Below are positions 60,970-62,693 of a DNA stretch of 62,693 nt, one piece after another (within the stretch, counting starts at the first letter, position 1; each line of letters starts with the position of its first letter). Both the position numbers and the translations under genes were made by a program. The notes under the pieces were generated by a model. That model was not told the origin of the DNA, searched no databases, and saw nothing but the letters and a program-made list of their open reading frames with translations. The stretch is from assembly GCA_036507115.1 (NCBI GenBank), contig DASXQO010000230.1:1-62693 (forward strand), given 5' to 3'. Source of the DNA: Candidatus Eiseniibacteriota bacterium (GTDB taxonomy: Bacteria > Eisenbacteria > RBG-16-71-46 > SZUA-252).

Positions 60970-61880
60970 GCGGACCCCGCCTTGAGTCGCGCGGCCCGAA
61001 GCCGGGCGCTCCGTGAGCGTGGATTGCGCCGGCATTCCTCGTCGGAGGGCCGGATGGGTTTCCGCGTGAGCGGAATCCAGGGAGTTTCGGTCAACGGCAC
61101 GTTCGGATCGGATGGACGCGGCGGGCGGAACGCATTTTTGACAATACGGTCTTCGAGCGAGTGATACGCGATGACACAAAGCGTCCCGCCCGGCCGCAAA
61201 ACGAGGGTGGCGGCGTGGAGGAGCGACTCGAGCTCCTCGAGCTCGTGGTTCACGGCGATCCGAAGCGCCTGGAACACCTGGCTCAACCGCCTGGGGCGCG
61301 AGGGCCCCGGATAGAGGGGTTCGAGCTCCGAGCGCAGCGTTTCGGCGGTGAGGGGAGCGCCGGCTTGAAGCGCGCGACGGATCGCGCGCACGGCGGCGCG
61401 CGGACGCGGAACCTCGCCCAGCTCGCGTAGGATTCGCGTCAGTTCTTCGTCCGCGACGGACCGGAGCAACGTCTCGGCCGTCATCGGGAGCGAGGGATCG
61501 AGACGCATGTCCAGCGGCCCCGACACGGAGAAAGAAAGCCCGCGCCCGGGATCGTCGAGCTGCTGCGACGAAATTCCGAGATCCGCCAGGATTCCATCCA
61601 CCTGGCGGATCCCGAGGTCCCCGAGCGCGGACACGATCTGGGAAAAACGCGCGCGCCCCACCACGAACCGGTAATCCGGTGCGGGCAGATTGGCGCGCGC
61701 GATTGCAACTGCAGCCGGGTCACAGTCCAAACCCACCAGCCTCCCATCCACCCCCAGCGAGTCGAGGATTGCTGCGGCGTGACCGCCGCCCCCAAACGTC
61801 GCATCCACGTAGGTCCCGTTCGGATCTGTCAGGAGCAACTGGACGGCCTCCTCCTTGAGAACCGGGACGTGACCCGGCAT
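60966..61880 (-). CDS. rsmH: 16S rRNA (cytosine1402-N4)-methyltransferase
   Basis: HVPVLKEE, DATFGGGGHA, DLGISSQQLD, and SYHSLEDR-like IAYHSLEDRIVK. Confidence 0.97.
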   Translation of the reverse strand: MPGHVPVLKEEAVQLLLTDPNGTYVDATFGGGGHAAAILDSLGVDGRLVGLDCDPAAVAIARANLPAPDYRFVVGRARFSQIVSALGDLGIRQVDGILADLGISSQQLDDPGRGLSFSVSGPLDMRLDPSLPMTAETLLRSVADEELTRILRELGEVPRPRAAVRAIRRALQAGAPLTAETLRSELEPLYPGPSRPRRLSQVFQALRIAVNHELEELESLLHAATLVLRPGGTLCVIAYHSLEDRIVKNAFRPPRPSDPNVPLTETPWIPLTRKPIRPSDEECRRNPRSRSARLRAARLKAGSA

Positions 61881-61932
61881 TCAGTTCCTCGGAATCGAGG
61901 TCTTACCGCAAGATGTCGCGGCGGGGCGCCGG

Positions 61933-62361
61933 TTAATGCGTTGCGACCCGCGCGATGCCCAACGGTGGACGATGCGTAGCCCCCGTCTCCTCCTCTGACT
62001 TCCATTCGAATCGACGCAGGGCCGGCCCCTGCCCCGCGACGTCGAACAGGGATCGTAGATAGGCGCTCACCCCTACCAGACAGACATCCGCGCCGCTCGA
62101 CTGCTGGCGGGTGAGCGCGCGGGCGAATTCGGGGAGCGCCCGATAGTCGAGATGCGTGACCTGCTCGAAATCGAGACAGACCAGATCGCGCGGCGATCGA
62201 CCGCGATCCCGGATGGCTGTGACCATCTGCTCCAACTCGCGTCCGCCCAGCCTTCCGAATAGGAGGACGACGAGTGGCCCCTTCCTACGCCGCTCGTCCC
62301 ATTGGAACACCGGACGATCGAACGCGAAGGGTCGCCGCGCGGGCCCCGAGGCGGCGATCAC
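61933..62361 (-). CDS. STAS-domain (SpoIIAA-like anti-sigma-factor-antagonist fold) protein
   Basis: LVVLLFGRLGGRELEQMVTAI...LVCLDFEQVTHLDYRALPEFARALTRQQSSGADVCLVGVSAYLRSLFDVAG aligns position by position with the SpoIIAA pattern. Tyr sits at the phospho-Ser position (D-Y instead of D-S). The GTG start overlaps the mraZ stop (GTGA). Confidence 0.7.
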   Translation of the reverse strand: MIAASGPARRPFAFDRPVFQWDERRRKGPLVVLLFGRLGGRELEQMVTAIRDRGRSPRDLVCLDFEQVTHLDYRALPEFARALTRQQSSGADVCLVGVSAYLRSLFDVAGQGPALRRFEWKSEEETGATHRPPLGIARVATH

Positions 62362-62693
62362 AGCAGAAGCTCTCCCGCCATGTCTTCGTAGCTCCGGTTC
62401 GAATTCTTGAGGTACTCCTCGAAACGCGCCGGATCCCAGATTTCGATGTGATCCACGACGCCGTTCACCATGGCGTCCTTCGTCAGGCTCGCGTGGGTCA
62501 GAAGCCGCGGCGGAATCGCGACGCGTCCCTGCGCGTCGAGTGTTCCCTCGTTCAGATCGAGCGACATGATTCGGAGAAAGCGCCGGTTGGTTTCATCGTG
62601 GAAGGAACGGCTCCGGAGGCGCTCCTCCATCCTTCGCCACTCGTCGAGGGGATAGAGCGCGACGCAGGTCTCGAGACCGCGGTGGATGATGAA
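62358..62693 (-). CDS. mraZ: Transcriptional regulator MraZ, C-terminal part (N-terminus beyond the right window edge)
   Basis: The reading frame is open to the window edge: FIIHRGLETCVALYPLDEWRRMEERLRS...LDAQGRVAIPPRLLTHASLTKDAMVNGVVDHIEIWDPARFEEY (second SpoVT/AbrB-like repeat). The tracked ORF 62358..62630 begins at an internal Met. Confidence 0.9.
   Translation of the reverse strand, partial: FIIHRGLETCVALYPLDEWRRMEERLRSRSFHDETNRRFLRIMSLDLNEGTLDAQGRVAIPPRLLTHASLTKDAMVNGVVDHIEIWDPARFEEYLKNSNRSYEDMAGELLL

Noticed and set aside
1-62693. Search for mobile elements, toxin-antitoxin pairs, restriction-modification or other defence systems, rRNA/tRNA genes
   Set aside because: No integrase, transposase or recombinase motifs, no inverted terminal repeats, no nuclease/methylase pairs and no structured RNA genes were recognisable. 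The window reads as conserved chromosomal core with a few regulatory novelties.

Overview
GC-rich (about two-thirds G+C by eye) bacterial chromosomal core region. It is very gene-dense, and about 60 of 65 genes lie on the minus strand. I saw no rRNA, tRNA, CRISPR array, transposase, integrase or recognisable defence genes. Reading the minus strand from the right edge: a complete dcw cluster (mraZ partial, a STAS gene, rsmH, ftsL, ftsI, murE, murF, mraY, murD, ftsW, murG, murC, ftsQ, ftsA, ftsZ), then recG and a zinc-ribbon protein. A small plus-strand island follows, with a PatA-like acyltransferase, a PimA-like GT4 and an MFS transporter. Next come an MglA-type GTPase with a long tail, a TPR protein and trpA. 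After that is a motility-flavoured regulatory block: csrA, fliS-like, flgM-like, a HEAT-repeat protein, a PAS kinase, an NtrC-type regulator and a CheR-pseudoreceiver. Then tgt, yajC, def, fmt, rsmB, a kinase-less PASTA protein, rpe, galE, hldA/hldC, a COG2403 P-loop protein, sucCD, ndk, yceD, rpmF, plsX, fabHDG, acpP, fabF and rnc. The left end holds a TPR protein, an ECF sigma / anti-sigma / HtrA-like operon, a lipoprotein, aroB and a partial TPR gene. Most tracked longest ORFs over-extend, so I re-derived starts, many from 4-nt NTGA stop/start overlaps. The best candidates for something undescribed are the coupled HEAT / kinase / regulator (GAFTGA replaced by GSHTDA) / CheR-pseudoreceiver module, the MglA GTPase with a 224-aa tail behind a sigma54-like promoter and no mglB, and a histidine-free HtrA homologue in the ECF sigma operon. 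Also notable are a STAS gene inside the dcw cluster, a kinase-less PASTA protein at the PrkC position, and Arg/Lys-rich tails on RNase III, SucD and the COG2403 protein. All functional calls rest on motif recognition by eye. No searches were run.
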